In this document: positions 25,416 through 38,010 of the stretch, one piece after another
Numbering within the stretch: the stretch's first letter is position 1
How the letters are laid out: each line of letters begins with the position of its first letter
Assembly (NCBI GenBank): GCA_011109175.1
Contig: RDEW01000039.1
Location: forward strand, 279,681-343,680
DNA from: Dicyema japonicum
Taxonomy: Eukaryota; Animalia; Dicyemida
Length of the DNA stretch: 64,000 nucleotides
Reading direction: 5' to 3'
Program-made: the position numbers and the translations under genes
The notes under the pieces: generated by a model
Databases searched by the model: none
The model's input: the letters and a program-made list of their open reading frames with translations, nothing else
What the model was told of the DNA's origin: nothing

Positions 25416-25718
25416 ACATGAACAACGTGGTCAAACACATAAAGTTATGTGTTTATTCATAAATATAAATATAGTATTTTATTGAACAGGGAGAAATAAC
25501 CATATGATGTGTTTGACCCACGTTGTTCATGTCGTGTACGTGTGTTTATTGAACAGGGAGAAAATAACCATAAAATAAAATAGTATTTTATTGAACAGGG
25601 AGAAAATAACCATATGATGTGGAAGAAGCTTAATAATTTATGCATATGCATAATAGGAGAGATCAGAGTAGCTCTTGCTAGATAAATCCCAATATCTAGC
25701 AAGAGCTACTCTGATCTC
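25416..25718. repeat. Cluster of direct and inverted repeats including a perfect 26-bp hairpin
   Basis: Inverted arms ~25416-25441 / 25507-25534; three direct copies of TTATTGAACAGGGAGAAA(A)TAACCATA; palindrome TTATGCATATGCATAA at 25638-25653; hairpin arms 25659-25684 / 25693-25718 with an 8-nt loop. Confidence 0.9.
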
Positions 25719-25759
25719 ATCTGGTTAACTTTCACAAGTTAAGGGTCTTTTAATAAAAA

Positions 25760-26500
25760 TTACTAATTAATGTGTGAAAGGATGTGTGAATTATTAATTA
25801 CATAACAAAACAGTAATAGTAACCCAGCTAGGTAATTGAGTGACTGTTCCCAATGACAACTACCAGAGAAAGCCTTTGGAACAGCTACTCGGTTTTCCGA
25901 TATCATAGACCCGAGCGATCTTAGATAAGAGACAGTCTCGGCAGAAGACTCCGCCTTTTGAGAGGCGGTCATATTTTCTTATTTTGAAATTCTTGAAAGT
26001 ACGAGCGACTTCCCTAACATTTAACGCGGAGCCTAAAAGTCTCGACTTAAAGATATCGGTGCAGGCCTTATCCAAAATCAAGCATTTCCTCGAAAGAAGG
26101 GAGGACAGTTTTAGAAGATAGAATCTCTAAAGGACAACGCTAAATTATACGGGGCTGTTGAACAGATAAAAGGAAAGAGACTCCGTCAACGGATAATGAT
26201 AAGAGATGACAAAGGAACGCAGATTGTAATTTACCATATGAAGTCGAACTTGGAATTTCAAGTTGAAAAACAACAGGATTCCTGACCCCGACGGACTTGG
26301 AGGTGAATTCTTCAAATATGGAACCCAAAACCTGTGTGAATGCATCGTTAGGATCCTGAATGAAATGTACTATTATGGTCACGCGATGACCCTGGGAGAG
26401 GGTATCTTGATACCTGTACAGAAGACGAATAAACCAAAGGCTAAGGTGGGAGAACCTCCGTCCAGTCATATTAATGAATTCACTTCGGAAAATTCTGGCG
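25760..26500. mobile_element. LINE RT fragments (minus 25760-26100; RTE-type plus 26110-26500)
   Basis: KNNRIPDPDGLGGEFFKYG...LGEGILIPVQKTNKPK parallels KNNKSAGPDNISPELLKYG...LGNGLLIPIQKPNKSK of the RTE at 21300. Confidence 0.6.
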
Positions 26501-26755
26501 AATATAACATTACAAGCCTATTAGAGTGGCTTCGTGTGATTTACCTGTCTAGGTGGCGCCCAGTGAGTGGCCGGCACGAAAAAAGATCATTTGCTCTCTC
26601 CCACTCCACTGGAGGGGTTTCCACAACTGCAAGTATGTACTTCTTTTACCCTTTATGTTGATTCCGGATGGACTCTTTCCGTAGAAGTGGAACTGGATAC
26701 ACTTAACTGTTTACTTGAACTTTTTTTCAATGTATCCGGGGTTAAAAAATTAATT
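26500..26755 (-). repeat. Inverted copy of the ~310-bp dispersed repeat at 14515-14830
   Basis: Reverse complement reproduces aaccccggatac...gtggaaacccctccagtggagtggg.gagagcaaatgatc...gggcgccacctagacagg...ccactctaatag. Confidence 0.8.
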
Positions 26756-27059
26756 AAATATCTTCTATGCGACCGTCTTCGTTACTCGTAATCACTTATA
26801 TAATTTCATATAATTTTATCCATCGTTACCTGTAATATTTTCAACTTATTCAGAATCAACAATTATCAAAACACGTGTTACTAACTAGAAAATAATTAAA
26901 CAGGAAGAAACCAACGGATTTTTACTTGTCTATGGGGCATTCTATAACGAGACACATTATGTCGAGACAAATGGTGCAATATTTTTCCAATTGACCCTGC
27001 GTGTCTCTCATTATTTTTTTAATGAAACACATTTATTTGAAGTAAAAACTAACAGTTAA

Positions 27060-27920
27060 CAACTACTGGCTGCTCTTATAATCGATTACGCATTTCTCCT
27101 CAAGATTTGCAAGTCAATGCGCTTAATGAGCCGGTTCCTTTCTCTTATATCATTTTCTTCTTCGTGATGAGAGATCCAATTCTTTTTAGCAATGTCAGTG
27201 ACCTAATTTCCATGATTCTTACGTTTCCACGGCGACTGGCTCACAAATGAACCGTTCACGGAGACATTTATATTTCTTCATATTTATGGTTCAACCTTTT
27301 CCGAAGCAGAGCCTGGGTTAGTTGCAGCCATAACAAGGTTGGAGAGAGCGGCTATCCAAAAAGGTGGCGATCCCAGGCGAGGAAACTACAACTTTCGCAT
27401 GAGAAGAGAGTTGTTCCTCTGGTCTTTGGTTGACTGAGGCCAGTCCAAGAGGTTTTAACTGGACACGAGATGGCGAGTTCTAGTGGTAAGTGTATTCCGA
27501 TTCCTTCGTAGCGAAAAGATAGATTGTTTTGGATCCTGAAAGTTTTATCAAAAAATATTTAGTGTTTCTTCAACTGCAGTACTCAGCTTCTTGTCGATGG
27601 TTCTTAAGAAGTCCAAGTCCGTGAACATGGTTTAAGTCGTCCTCTCCGCAATCAATGTTAATAATTTCATATTTTGACGGATTCAGTTCCAACCAAAGTG
27701 TTGCAAGTGCAGAGATGGTGGACTCAGGCTCTGCCAAAACAATTCCCAATTCCCTCCGATGGTCGCATCATTCAGGTATCATAAGTTCAGTGCGGTTCTG
27801 ATCACCGAAGCTGAACAATCGATTCCCAAAGCAAAGAGTAGGAGTCATAGAGGGTCGCCTTATCGGACTCCAGTCTTGGATTTGCTGATGTGTTTTTGAA
27901 GATCAGCGTGCATGGGGAAC
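27060..27920 (-). mobile_element. CRE-clade RT/endonuclease remnant
   Basis: Minus-strand GVR*GDPL*LLLFALGI, YLNDATIGG and FICEPVAVET. Confidence 0.55.
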
Positions 27921-28411
27921 CTATGAGAGTTTAACTAACTTTCGGGATCCTGGAGATGCTATATTACAATATATACATATTCTATCTCTGGAGATGCTAA
28001 ATGTTGACTTTCGGACTAGTGATGCCATTATTACCTGGCATCATCCTGAGATGAGGCTATCATTGCCAGGAATCTATTGACCATGGGATAATACTAACTA
28101 ATCATATGACTACAAGTTCTAGAAGAGAGTTCAAATAGCTACAATATGATATCCTAGAAACTCTGTTACCCCCATTCTCCACATAGATCATCCACCCTAA
28201 TTCAGTCCCAAAACGAAATGGATAAACCACTAGACATTTCCCAAGAGATCTACTATAAGCTTTACCACCAAAAACCGAATGGTGAAGGCTTGTCTAAACC
28301 TCCTTGACTTGTGACTCCATTCATTATATTAATTGAAAACGATAACCCTAAAATGTACTCACTTCAATAAATCCGCATTTAACTGAAGTATTACGGATAT
28401 TACGCATAATA

Positions 28412-28733
28412 ATGACTATAAATGGACTATATTCACTGATTCTGAATATGGGGGTAAAAACGACTATTGATTTTAGTTCGCGAGAGGTCAGCAAAAAAGT
28501 TTCCCTTGGTTACGAAGAAAGTCAAAAAGTAATCTTATAGCTTTATTAAAGGTGGATGCTATAGACTTTCTCAAATAATCGAAATGGAGGATGAATTCAA
28601 CTCCAATATGTATCCGACTGAGAGAAATATAGCAGAGATTGCTAAGAAAGTTGACCTTAGAGCATCCCAAGTAGAAGCTTGGTTTAAGGACAGACGAGCA
28701 CGGGACAAGAATCCACTCACGTGCGATCGATAA
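28412..28733 (+). CDS. Small divergent homeobox gene with an FPWL hexapeptide-like motif (K50, D51)
   Basis: Introns 28454-28476 and 28529-28551 (both 23 nt, GT-AG) give ...MGFARGQQKSFPWLR followed by a gap-free 60-aa homeodomain RKSKSGCYRLSQIIEMEDEFNSNMYPTERNIAEIAKKVDLRASQVEAWFKDRRARDKNPL. Y8, Q12, E17, F20, Y25, L40, Q44, W48, F49 and R53 are in Antp register. Start codon uncertain. Confidence 0.85.
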
Positions 28734-29149
28734 TATCATTAATTATTGGTTTATTAATTTCACGACTAAACTCTATTTTAAATGTAAAATTCCTAAGAGA
28801 GATCAACCTCCCCAACATCTTACCACGAAAACCTCTCAGATACCTTAAATCCCCCAAAAACTGAGCTGAAAATTAACAATCTTGTCCTCGACAATATCAA
28901 CCTATCCCCTATCGGTCTACGATACATAGTGGACTGAGGATTTTATGTCTCACCTTTAACCCAGTGATCTAACCGAATATCCTAACATATATTTTGTCAC
29001 CAATCTGAGCACGTGATCTATATTGGACTCCACCTTCATGATATGACTCTTAATTTTATTTCGCCACCAGCAAGCAGTGAATTAATTTATTCTTGATATC
29101 AAAAATGTTTCCAATCAATGACGTTGTAACCAAAGATATCTCGTCATTG

Positions 29150-29560
29150 AAGGCGGTTTCTGTCCGTTACTCCGTTGTTGAAGATGATCACTACATACGT
29201 AATCTCCTCACAGGGTAACCTACTACCTATGTCCAGAATGTATTTTCCTTCTTACTTCTTATGTCTGACCCGGATGGTCGGGGTACTTTTATCAGAAACT
29301 TACCTATCGGTCAGGGTACGGGACAAGTGCTCTAAGCCATTTGAAACAACATCTGGGACGCTAAAGGGGATCCGTTATCTCCCACACTATTTGTCACATA
29401 CCTGGAAGCTGCATTGAGGGAGCTAAACCATACTATTAAGCAAAAATCGATCTGGTGGGTTATGCGGTTGACGTGGATTTCATTTCTCTCGACATGAATG
29501 CTATGAAAAGCAGGGCTTTGGAGTCGGTAAATATAGCACGACTCCGACTCCGGTTATATA
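29150..29560 (+). mobile_element. RTE-type RT fragment
   Basis: Decayed GTxQGDSLSPTLFVTYLEAALREL and VGYAVDVDFI, parallel to the 20600-20800 element. Confidence 0.6.
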
Positions 29561-29589
29561 TAAAAAATTCAGACGTTGTAAGAATAACA

Positions 29590-30200
29590 GAAAAAAACAT
29601 TTAGAAAAAAAATTTAACTATTATTTTTAGAAATAATATAGCTTCGACCAGGTCTTCCTTCATAGAAGCTCGAAGGTCTGATTTGATAAATTTTAGCCCA
29701 GAAGACATCTTTTCTACGCTGACTTGTGTAGGAGGTAGACCAAGAGATATCATAGCTGATTTTTTGATAGCTTCAGGGTAATACCCAATAAGATCATGAT
29801 GTAGTATTTGACAAGAACGATCGTATTGAAGTATCACATCAGCCGCGGAATCGAATTCTTGTTTAAAAGTTGCAATTTTAAATTCAAAGGTCTTAAGTGG
29901 CCGGTTTTAATTCGTTTTGCACTTTCAATTTTGTTCAAATAATTTTCGAAATCGTCATTCGACGATGAGAATTGGTTCAATTTGAATGTCAATATTATAT
30001 GAAGATGTATCCTCACATTCTTCTATGTTTTGAGATTCCAGTCATTGATTTTTAGTTCAAGGTCAAATAATCCCTTTTTCCTGTTCATCCGTTAAGAGCA
30101 TTCGATTCCTTGGATCAACATAGACAGAAGCTAACAGGATGTCATTGTTTAGTAATTGAAGCTTTTTTTCCGTTGAATTTGTAATAAATCAACCTTCCTC
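29590..30200 (-). mobile_element. hAT transposase C-terminal dimerisation-domain remnant
   Basis: LGLPPTQVSVEKMSSGLKFIKSDLRASMKEDLVEAILFL matches the hAT dimerisation signature (P.T.VSVERLFS). Confidence 0.75.
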
Positions 30201-30399
30201 TTTTGGAATTTATATCTCTTAAATTTGCCAATTCTCAGATTTGCCATTTTTTAAGAAATATTCTAATTTTAATGGAAATTTGCCAATTCTCAGAATTGCC
30301 ATTTTTAAGAAATATTCTAATTTTAGTGGAAATTTGCCAACTCCGAAATTTGTCATAATTTTTTAAAGTTTTTAAAAATTACTGAAAATTAAAACAGTA

Positions 30400-31030
30400 A
30401 AACTTTATTCGAGTAGCATGCCCGTTGTGTTTCCAGTGGTCGATATAAAAGACTCACTAACGAACAAAAAGTGCAAATATTGCGTTATAAGGACGACAAC
30501 AACTTATTATCATTCCAAAGAATTGCCGACAGATTTTCCTTCTTGTTTAAAGTGAACATTTAACGCAATCTTAAAGAGTCGTGAGTCGATTTTGGAACAA
30601 TTCAAAACTAAAAATTCCCTAACAAAAACAGTCAAAAAGTTAGTTCCCGCAACTTGATGAAAATCTTGTTGAGTGGATGGATTCGATGGAATCAAAGGGT
30701 ATTCTAATGTTTTTAACTTTTAAGGTGAATTATTGAACGATGCATTAATATCCAGTAAAACAAAATACTTTGTTAAGCAGCTTTTTCTCCACTATTTCAA
30801 AAACTCTTATGGATTTTATCCAAATGGATTTCGGCTGAGAAAATTACACGGGAAAATGTGCACTGACTGGATGAAACTGGGATTTTTTACAAGCTTATTC
30901 CATCCAGAAGTATCTGCAAGACTCCGTTCTGAGAATACAAAAACTTCAAAAATAGAGTATCTGTGATGTTATGCACAAATATGTCTGGAAATCATAAATT
31001 AAAGCCTTTATTGATTGCAAAATCAATATT
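30400..31030 (+). mobile_element. Tigger/pogo transposase remnant
   Basis: DETGIFYK and MLCTNMSGNHKLKPLLIAKS match Tigger-type DETGLFY and LCANxxGxxKLKPLxIGKS motifs. Confidence 0.7.
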
Positions 31031-31039
31031 TTTACAGTA

Positions 31040-31423
31040 GCACCTGTGAAATACTAATTAAAATGATAAAATGTTAGTTTGAAATGTTTCTTAGACAACA
31101 GACTCAATAAAAACTGTTACTAGAAAATTCATGAGTTGTTTTCTAATAACAGTCTTAATCTATTCAACGACCTTCGTAATTTGAATGCGGCATAACAGTT
31201 GATGACACGATAGTATTTTATTCAAAAACTAAAAATTAATTAATTAAAAATCAATAAAAATTTTGACTTTATTGACCTAAAAATTAAATTTTGACCTTTT
31301 TTGACATTACCCAAAATTTGACTTTTTTGACTTTATAACTTTGATTAAAAATCACATTTTTGTAAGTTTCAGACAATTTTAAAGAACATATAAATTTTTT
31401 GACTTTATTGAAAAATCACCCTA
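31040..31423 (-). mobile_element. Left end of the CGGBP1-like hAT family (uninterrupted copy)
   Basis: Reverse complement starts TAGGGTGATTTTT and joins, without interruption, the sequences found at 2614-2725 and 3826-3900. Confidence 0.7.
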
Positions 31424-32156
31424 CTGATATACGAACCCATATCTATATTGCCTGCTTAATAAAATTATCTCTCATGTTCTTATCTTACTCTAACGTTGAA
31501 GAACATGATCTTAGTGATCATTCGAATCCTTGTTTTTTAATCCAAAAATGTTGTTTATTTAAGCTTATAAGCAACATAAAATGATATTAATCATCCCACA
31601 CGTGTTGCTTCTGACAAATGATCCCTCGACTTTTTTCAATTTCTGGTTGGATGACAATCGAACCTTGATTTTAATGGACACGACAGTTATCAAAACTTAG
31701 GGTTTACTATGTCCTCGAGTTCGCCACCTCATCCATTTTACTGCAAACATATCCAATTGAAGACGATGATAAGAACTATCGGTAATTAACTCTTCTAAGA
31801 AAAGATCGAGGATCTCAGGATGTGGAGTTCTCCGAGGCACAGAAAATTACCCCTAGACCAACTAAAGTAGTAAGGCAATTAAGTAAATCCAGTTATCACC
31901 GTCGACATGACCAAATTCATTCAGATATAGTACTTATGTCGGAACCCTCCAAGACTGCTCTGAAGGATTAGGAAGACAAAATGACTAAGCTTTTGCCAAA
32001 TAATGCTAATTTATTCAGAAATATAAAATAAGTCTGCAAATTTGTTAATTGACAATTGTTCTGCTAAGTGTTTCTGCTCTAAAGCATATGCCTATTCTTA
32101 ATTAACACTTGATGTTTCAAAATTACACTTAAATAGATTTATTCACAATTAGCCAA

Positions 32157-33691
32157 ATGTCGCTTCTTTCATTTTATCTGTAATTCAAAATTAACACTAT
32201 TTTTAGATTTTGCTCATCGACTCAGCCCAAAATGGTGAATTCCTTTGATAGAAATTTAGATAAAATCTTAACTTGCTATTACACGAACTGGGCAGTTTAC
32301 AGAAATGGGAATGCCAAGTACGACGCCAAGTACATGTACCCTTACCTTTGCACACATATAATGTACGCGTTTGCGAATATCGACTACCAAACTCTGACTA
32401 TAGTACCGGCTGATCCCTGGTCTGACATGCCAAGTGTTAGTCTATGACTCAATTTAGATGGACTTGGTAACTTTGAAAAAGTCACATCGCTAAAGAAAAT
32501 CAATCCTGACTTAAAGGTCCTTGTGTCTGTTGGAGGATGGGCGAGACAGATAAAGGAATTCACCATGCTCGATGAAAAAAACAGAAAATTATTTGCACAA
32601 AATGCAAAAAAATTTCTTAAAAAATTCAACTTTGATGGATTAAACGTCGATTGGGAGTATCCAAATGACAAGAACAAATTCTCTCTTTTGATCAAAGTCC
32701 TAACATAAAAGTAATCCTAAGGCACTTCATGAGGAATTGAAAATGGACAGTTCGGAATCATATTCGCTGACGGCCGCAGTTTCCCAGAGCATGGACGGCT
32801 TCAGATTCCTATGACATTCCATCGATTTCCAAGTAAGGTGTTCTCGGATTCAACTAGATATCTTGATTACATCTACGTCATGACTTATGACTTCTATGGC
32901 CAATTTTCAAGCGTGGTTGGACATCACAGCGGGTTGTACTGCTCAGATACTAACGACCAATTCTGCACAGTATTTAGAATATTCAGTTTAGGATTTTGCC
33001 GTAAAATATTGGAACAAACACGGAGCTCCACTATCAAAGATTTCGATTGGCGTCCCTACATATGCTCAGGGATTTAAGACTAATACAAAAAAACCACGTG
33101 CTGGAGATGAAAAAATTGGTGGAACTCCACAAGGAAGTATATTGTACAATAGCGGGATCCTGGCTTATCTTGAAGTCCCTGTCTTTGATAAATTTAGTAC
33201 TGCAATGAAGGATATAGAAATGTTTGGGACGACACCCAAAAAGTGGCTCACGGAGAAAAAGATCACTATTGGCTCGGATATGAGACCATCGAAAGCATTC
33301 GTGAGAAAGTTACAAATTCAAATATCTTAGGCAAATTATGTCAAAGAGAAAGGATTGGCTGGAATGTTTGTGTGGACTCTAGATTTCGACGACTTTACGG
33401 GAAAAGAATGCAACAACGGAAAGAGTCCATTGATTGGGGAGATCCACAAGGAACTCAACATTTATCCAGGAATTGTGATTAATTTCTCTAAATCAAGGAC
33501 TGGGAATCACGTCAAAAAGAGACCTCACGTGGGCAATCTATTACTCAAAAGAAATACTCGACTAGTGAAAGTCAGATGACGCGCAATAAGTCCCCGATTA
33601 CTCAAGAACCGCCAACTGAAAGTGCTGACGTCAATAATAGTGATTTAAGTTTTTGTTATAATAAATTTTAGACGAAGATTGCACTAATTAA
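32157..33691 (+). CDS. GH18 chitinase (secreted; no chitin-binding domain seen); one frameshift
   Basis: CYYTNWAVYR, LCTHIMYAFA, KVLVSVGGW, FDGLNVDWEYP, YLDYIYVMTYDFYG, LAGMFVWTLDFDDF. Introns of 22-27 nt (e.g. 32434-32457, 24 nt). The unspliced tail stops at 33579; two more short introns would extend a Pro/Thr-rich tail to 33691. Confidence 0.93.
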
Positions 33692-34099
33692 TATTTAATT
33701 ATTTAAATTAGTCATGTTTATGTTTTTGTGGTACCTTTTCCGTCTTAATTATTGTTAGTTTAACAGTTAGCTTTTAGACATTGTTGTTGGTTTAAACGCT
33801 ATGTTTACTGAATGTCGTAGTTCTTGCCAAATACATTTAATTACTTGTTGTAATTATCCGTCATCTTAAATTGTTAAAGAACATTCGGGAATAACTAATA
33901 ATCCCCTTGTTCCTCCTCGGGACAGACACATCCCCTTGAGTCCAATTTGCGAGAATCTAACCAAATACCCGATGTTTATTGTGTCCTTGTATACTCAGTC
34001 GCAGAATGGTGACGATATTGGTGAGATATTAAGTTTACTAGAGCGGTGTCATAGTACACCAAAGCTACATCAAATATTAATTTAACCATAGTAGCCGTT

Positions 34100-34860
34100 T
34101 GACTTGTGTGACGGAAATACGAAAGATATATCAATAGAATCCACACTTCTTCCCAAAAAAAGAAATGTCATACTAGAGCCACGGTTTACTATATTCATTG
34201 CGAGTTTTCCACGTCCGAGGAATATTAATAATTGTCTTTTTATTTATGCGGATGACGTAATTGTGATGGGCACATTTCTAAAATCTTCTATATCTGAAGA
34301 AAGAATCCGGGAGTATGTGGACCAGATTGAGCAATGGTGCAACATGAGAGGGTTAAAGCTCTCTACTGAAAAAATCATCGCACTCCGAATAAGCAGTGTG
34401 AAAAAGCACCTGAATCAAGAATACACACTGGAGTAAACAATCCACACAGCCTGCGTTACTTGGGGTCGACTATGGACACGCAGGAGACTACATGGACGAT
34501 ACAAAGGAGAGGAGAAAGAGAGCTTTTCAGTCGCTCCTATGTACACGGAAGTCACACGTTAGTGGTGAACCTACCTGTTCATTTTTAAGAGAGTAATTCT
34601 CCCTAGTCTACTTTATGTGTGGTTTTTCTCTCCCAAAAGGGAGAAGATATTATCCCTCCTAGAGAAAACTAGAAAAGCTGAAATTAACTCTCCTTAAACA
34701 AGAAACTGAAGGACCGTTTAAGCGAGGACGAAAACAAGCTGTTAGAACCGATTTACAGGATTGTAGAGAATCGGATCAGTGGTTTCAGGAGGAGATCAAA
34801 GACCCAGGAAACGTATATAAAGCTGAGAGAAACGTCCTGAAAAATTTTTAAAAAGGAGGA
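34100..34860 (+). mobile_element. CR1/L2-type LINE RT remnant
   Basis: LFIYADDVIV...IEQWCNMRGLKLSTEK, then LRYLGST. Confidence 0.65.
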
Positions 34861-36639
34861 AAGCTCCAAGTGTGGAGTTCAAGCCTTGTGGTAAGACTCA
34901 GATGTAACACCTTCCAGAAAACTCTGTTGATAAATCGTTATTATGAGCCACGTTGGGAACGTTCCTAACAGATACAACAGGGAATTGAGAAAGTCGCGGC
35001 TTAATTCAGTCGTAAATTGATTGAAAGTTGGGAAATAAGTTTTGAATGTTGTATATTGGTGGAATAATTTCATAAGTAAATTCAAGATATCTCCAACCTC
35101 TTTAAACACAGACCACCTGTCAACTCTACATGTCCTCACATGGAAACAACCGTGGATTTGTTCTTGTTGTAAAATATCTTAGCAAATCTACCCATTAGCA
35201 CAACTATCCAGTGACTTTATGGTAGAGGGAAACATTGGAGGACACGCACAAAAATATTAATTACGGAAATAAGGATCCCCTAAATAGTTTCCTCATTGAA
35301 CCGTTTTATTATTAAGTCATAATAAATGTCTCTTAATAAATAATTCAGGAGGATTGAACCTCATAACAAATCCACAAACCCTTCTGTGGAACTCATCATT
35401 ATGTTTTCGTCTCCCTCTGTGGTCATACAACATCGGCACTATCCAACTCCACTATTCACTCTCACAATACACCCTCAATTCATTCCACAATATTTCCTTC
35501 GGGCACATGTTTGAACATCTATAATAACCAACAGCCCCAACCTTATGGAGCTCTTCCAACGAAATGTTTCTCGTCTCCCTAGAAGCAAGACTAACTTTCA
35601 TTATCCTCCGGTACTTTTCCCTCACTGTCTCTGCAGACTCTGTTTTGAATTGTTTCCATATTATTGCCAACAGTGAGTAAATTCCTCTTGTATCCCTCAA
35701 CCTGTGAGTCGACGATGAAGTCTCTAAGAGCCTGTGACCTCTTCGAGAGGTCAGAAATGCCGAAAATGTGGGAGATCCTAAAACTCTGTCATTTCAAGAA
35801 AGGCTTACATGTAAATCACTCAAGGGGACAAGGTCGTTGACCTGCTCATGGACGGACGCTGAAGGACAGCACTCCTTCAGATAGCGAATAAAATGGGAGA
35901 CGGCGGGTAGACGATGAAAAATCTTGTCATTCAAAAGTTTTTGTGCAGATAAGCCAAAAGGGAGATAATCTCGTCCCCAAGTACCTCACAATCAGAGAAT
36001 TTAGAGTGCATATGCAGGTTGAGAACTTCCATAAAATGACAGCTTTCGGTTTACTTGAAATCCCTGTAAAAAATGACTACCCACTCCTCGGATTTTAGAA
36101 TATCAACATTTTGGTTGACCATATCCCATTATTTGTCTTGCTTGTGGAGATCTGGTCGAAGTTGTTTGTCAGGGAGATGCCGTCTTCCCTGTATTTCTGT
36201 TTAGTGATTACGTCCCGTTGAATTTAATTTTGATGAGTCCCAAAAATCAACACCATCAGGATAAAAATTAATTATATTTAAGTATTTATTCTTTTAAATA
36301 AGTATTTTATTTTTTAAATAAATTTTATTGCTTTACTTTTCTAAAATTAATTTATCTTGGGAACATCGTGATCAAAGACAAGAGTAACTAACTATTGGGT
36401 GATCCCATGAACTATAACCGCCCATTTTTTTCAGGTAACCTATGTTTTATATTTCTACGAATAAACTCAATTGGTATAAAGGTTACTCTAGTTTTGGTTT
36501 ACCATAGTTCACTTAATGTCTTCATCTTATCAAAAAATAGATTTAAATCTGTTCCTCTTCTTTATTCTCTAAAGGTACATCGGATTGGCAACTTTTGAAA
36601 AATAAGGAAGCTATGTATAACAAAAATTTCCGAACTAAC

Positions 36640-36870
36640 AACGCTTTCTCATAAAACACTCAGTGGATATAGCTTTTTCCAAGAGACGAAACTTAACCCA
36701 CAGCGACCAACCCCCAACTTTCCGGGATACTCCGTTTTCAGACGAGACAGAAGTAATGGAAAGGGAGGAGGCCTTATTACTCTAATCAGGAAGCATATAA
36801 TGGCCAGAAAATATCTGGACGACATCCGGACCCCTCCCACCAAGACGACACATTGGAACAGCTAACTCTG
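36640..36870 (+). mobile_element. LINE AP-endonuclease fragment
   Basis: ETKLNPQRPTPNFPGYSVFRRDRSNGKGGGLITLIRKHI, a typical GY..FRRDR...GGG motif. Confidence 0.7.
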
Positions 36871-36875
36871 AGAAT

Positions 36876-37230
36876 ATGCCTACCATCTCTTCGATTAACA
36901 GTTGTCAATATGATGAATACGTCGTATCGGGATCTGATTGCGACTGGATTAAAAGTCTGTTTCACATCCGTGCCGATGCGAAGACAAGATCGACTGTTTT
37001 GGAATACACCCTCTCTCCTGCAGGAAGAGTGCAGCAGATTTCCAGATATATGGCCTTGAACGAAGCGTGTAGGCGAGCTTGGACGCTTCCGGACACCCCT
37101 CCATGCTCGAACTGTCGGTCCTTTGCAGGCGGGACGGGAGAACGACCAGATGGAATGACAATCTTCCCTTTTGAATCCGCGAAACCTCTTGTCTGCGACG
37201 TTACCTGCACCGACATGTCGCCTCAAAAGA
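36876..37230 (+). mobile_element. CRE-clade restriction-like endonuclease fragment
   Basis: RPDGMTIFPFESAKPLVCDVTCTD; nucleotide similarity to 45430-45600. Confidence 0.7.
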
Positions 37231-37639
37231 TTATATTTTAATAATCTTCCTGCCTTTCTCCCTGACCAAATCTCTGATGAAGATTGCATTATGAAAACTA
37301 TTCCGTAAATGAAGTGATGTCCGCGACGGTAAAACGTGGACAAAAATGGAAGAGGGTAGACCTACTTCTTCACCTTTCTTTATAAGCGAAAGTCTGTATT
37401 GAAGTATTGGAAAATGGATTTGGTCGGCACAAGCAGATGTTCTCCCTTTGTTGCTTCCTTGGCTTAGTTATGACTGTTTTGTACTGGGCTTACAATGGTA
37501 AGCCTGGGGTTAATAATAATTGGCTCGCGGGTCAATGGCTTTTTTTATTTCCTCGTGGGCCGCAAATTGCCGACCCGTGATCTAAATTTTAAATTTTTTG
37601 GTTATATCTTTATTGTCAAAACAAAATAAAATAAACAAA

Positions 37640-38010
37640 AAGGTCATACATCGTCCGCCTGACTGTGTGGCTATTCCCTTTCAAGAGCGAGATTCACTCG
37701 AATTGACATCAGCGATCACGGAGATCTCATGTTCGTGCAGAAATCCATTACTAGACTACTCCAGCATTCCACCATCGCAGGTGTAAGGGAACCACATATT
37801 TCAACCAAAAGCTGAACAAACAAAAATCCTTTTGTAGGACCGCGTACTTTTTCCCGTTTTGACCTCTCTGCCTTCTCACCGACAGAAGAAGCTCAAGAGG
37901 CAGTCAGAAGTACGTAGTATGGGACAAATGTGTCAGTGCAGTTGACGTAATAGACTTGACGATTCCTTGTTTTAAAATAAGATGGTCATCCTAATGGTCA
38001 ATTCCCATCA
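37640..38010 (-). mobile_element. CRE-clade 3' end remnant
   Basis: Nucleotide similarity to 53800-54050 and a decayed RISLA.xRGN terminus. Confidence 0.5.

Noticed and set aside
30210-30350. ~58-bp direct duplication (AATTTGCCAATTCTCAG...)
   Set aside because: Lies beside the hAT remnant; most simply a subterminal repeat of that element.
31470-32010. Gene-like segment upstream of the chitinase
   Set aside because: Short open stretches and possible micro-introns, but no coherent frame or homology could be assembled.
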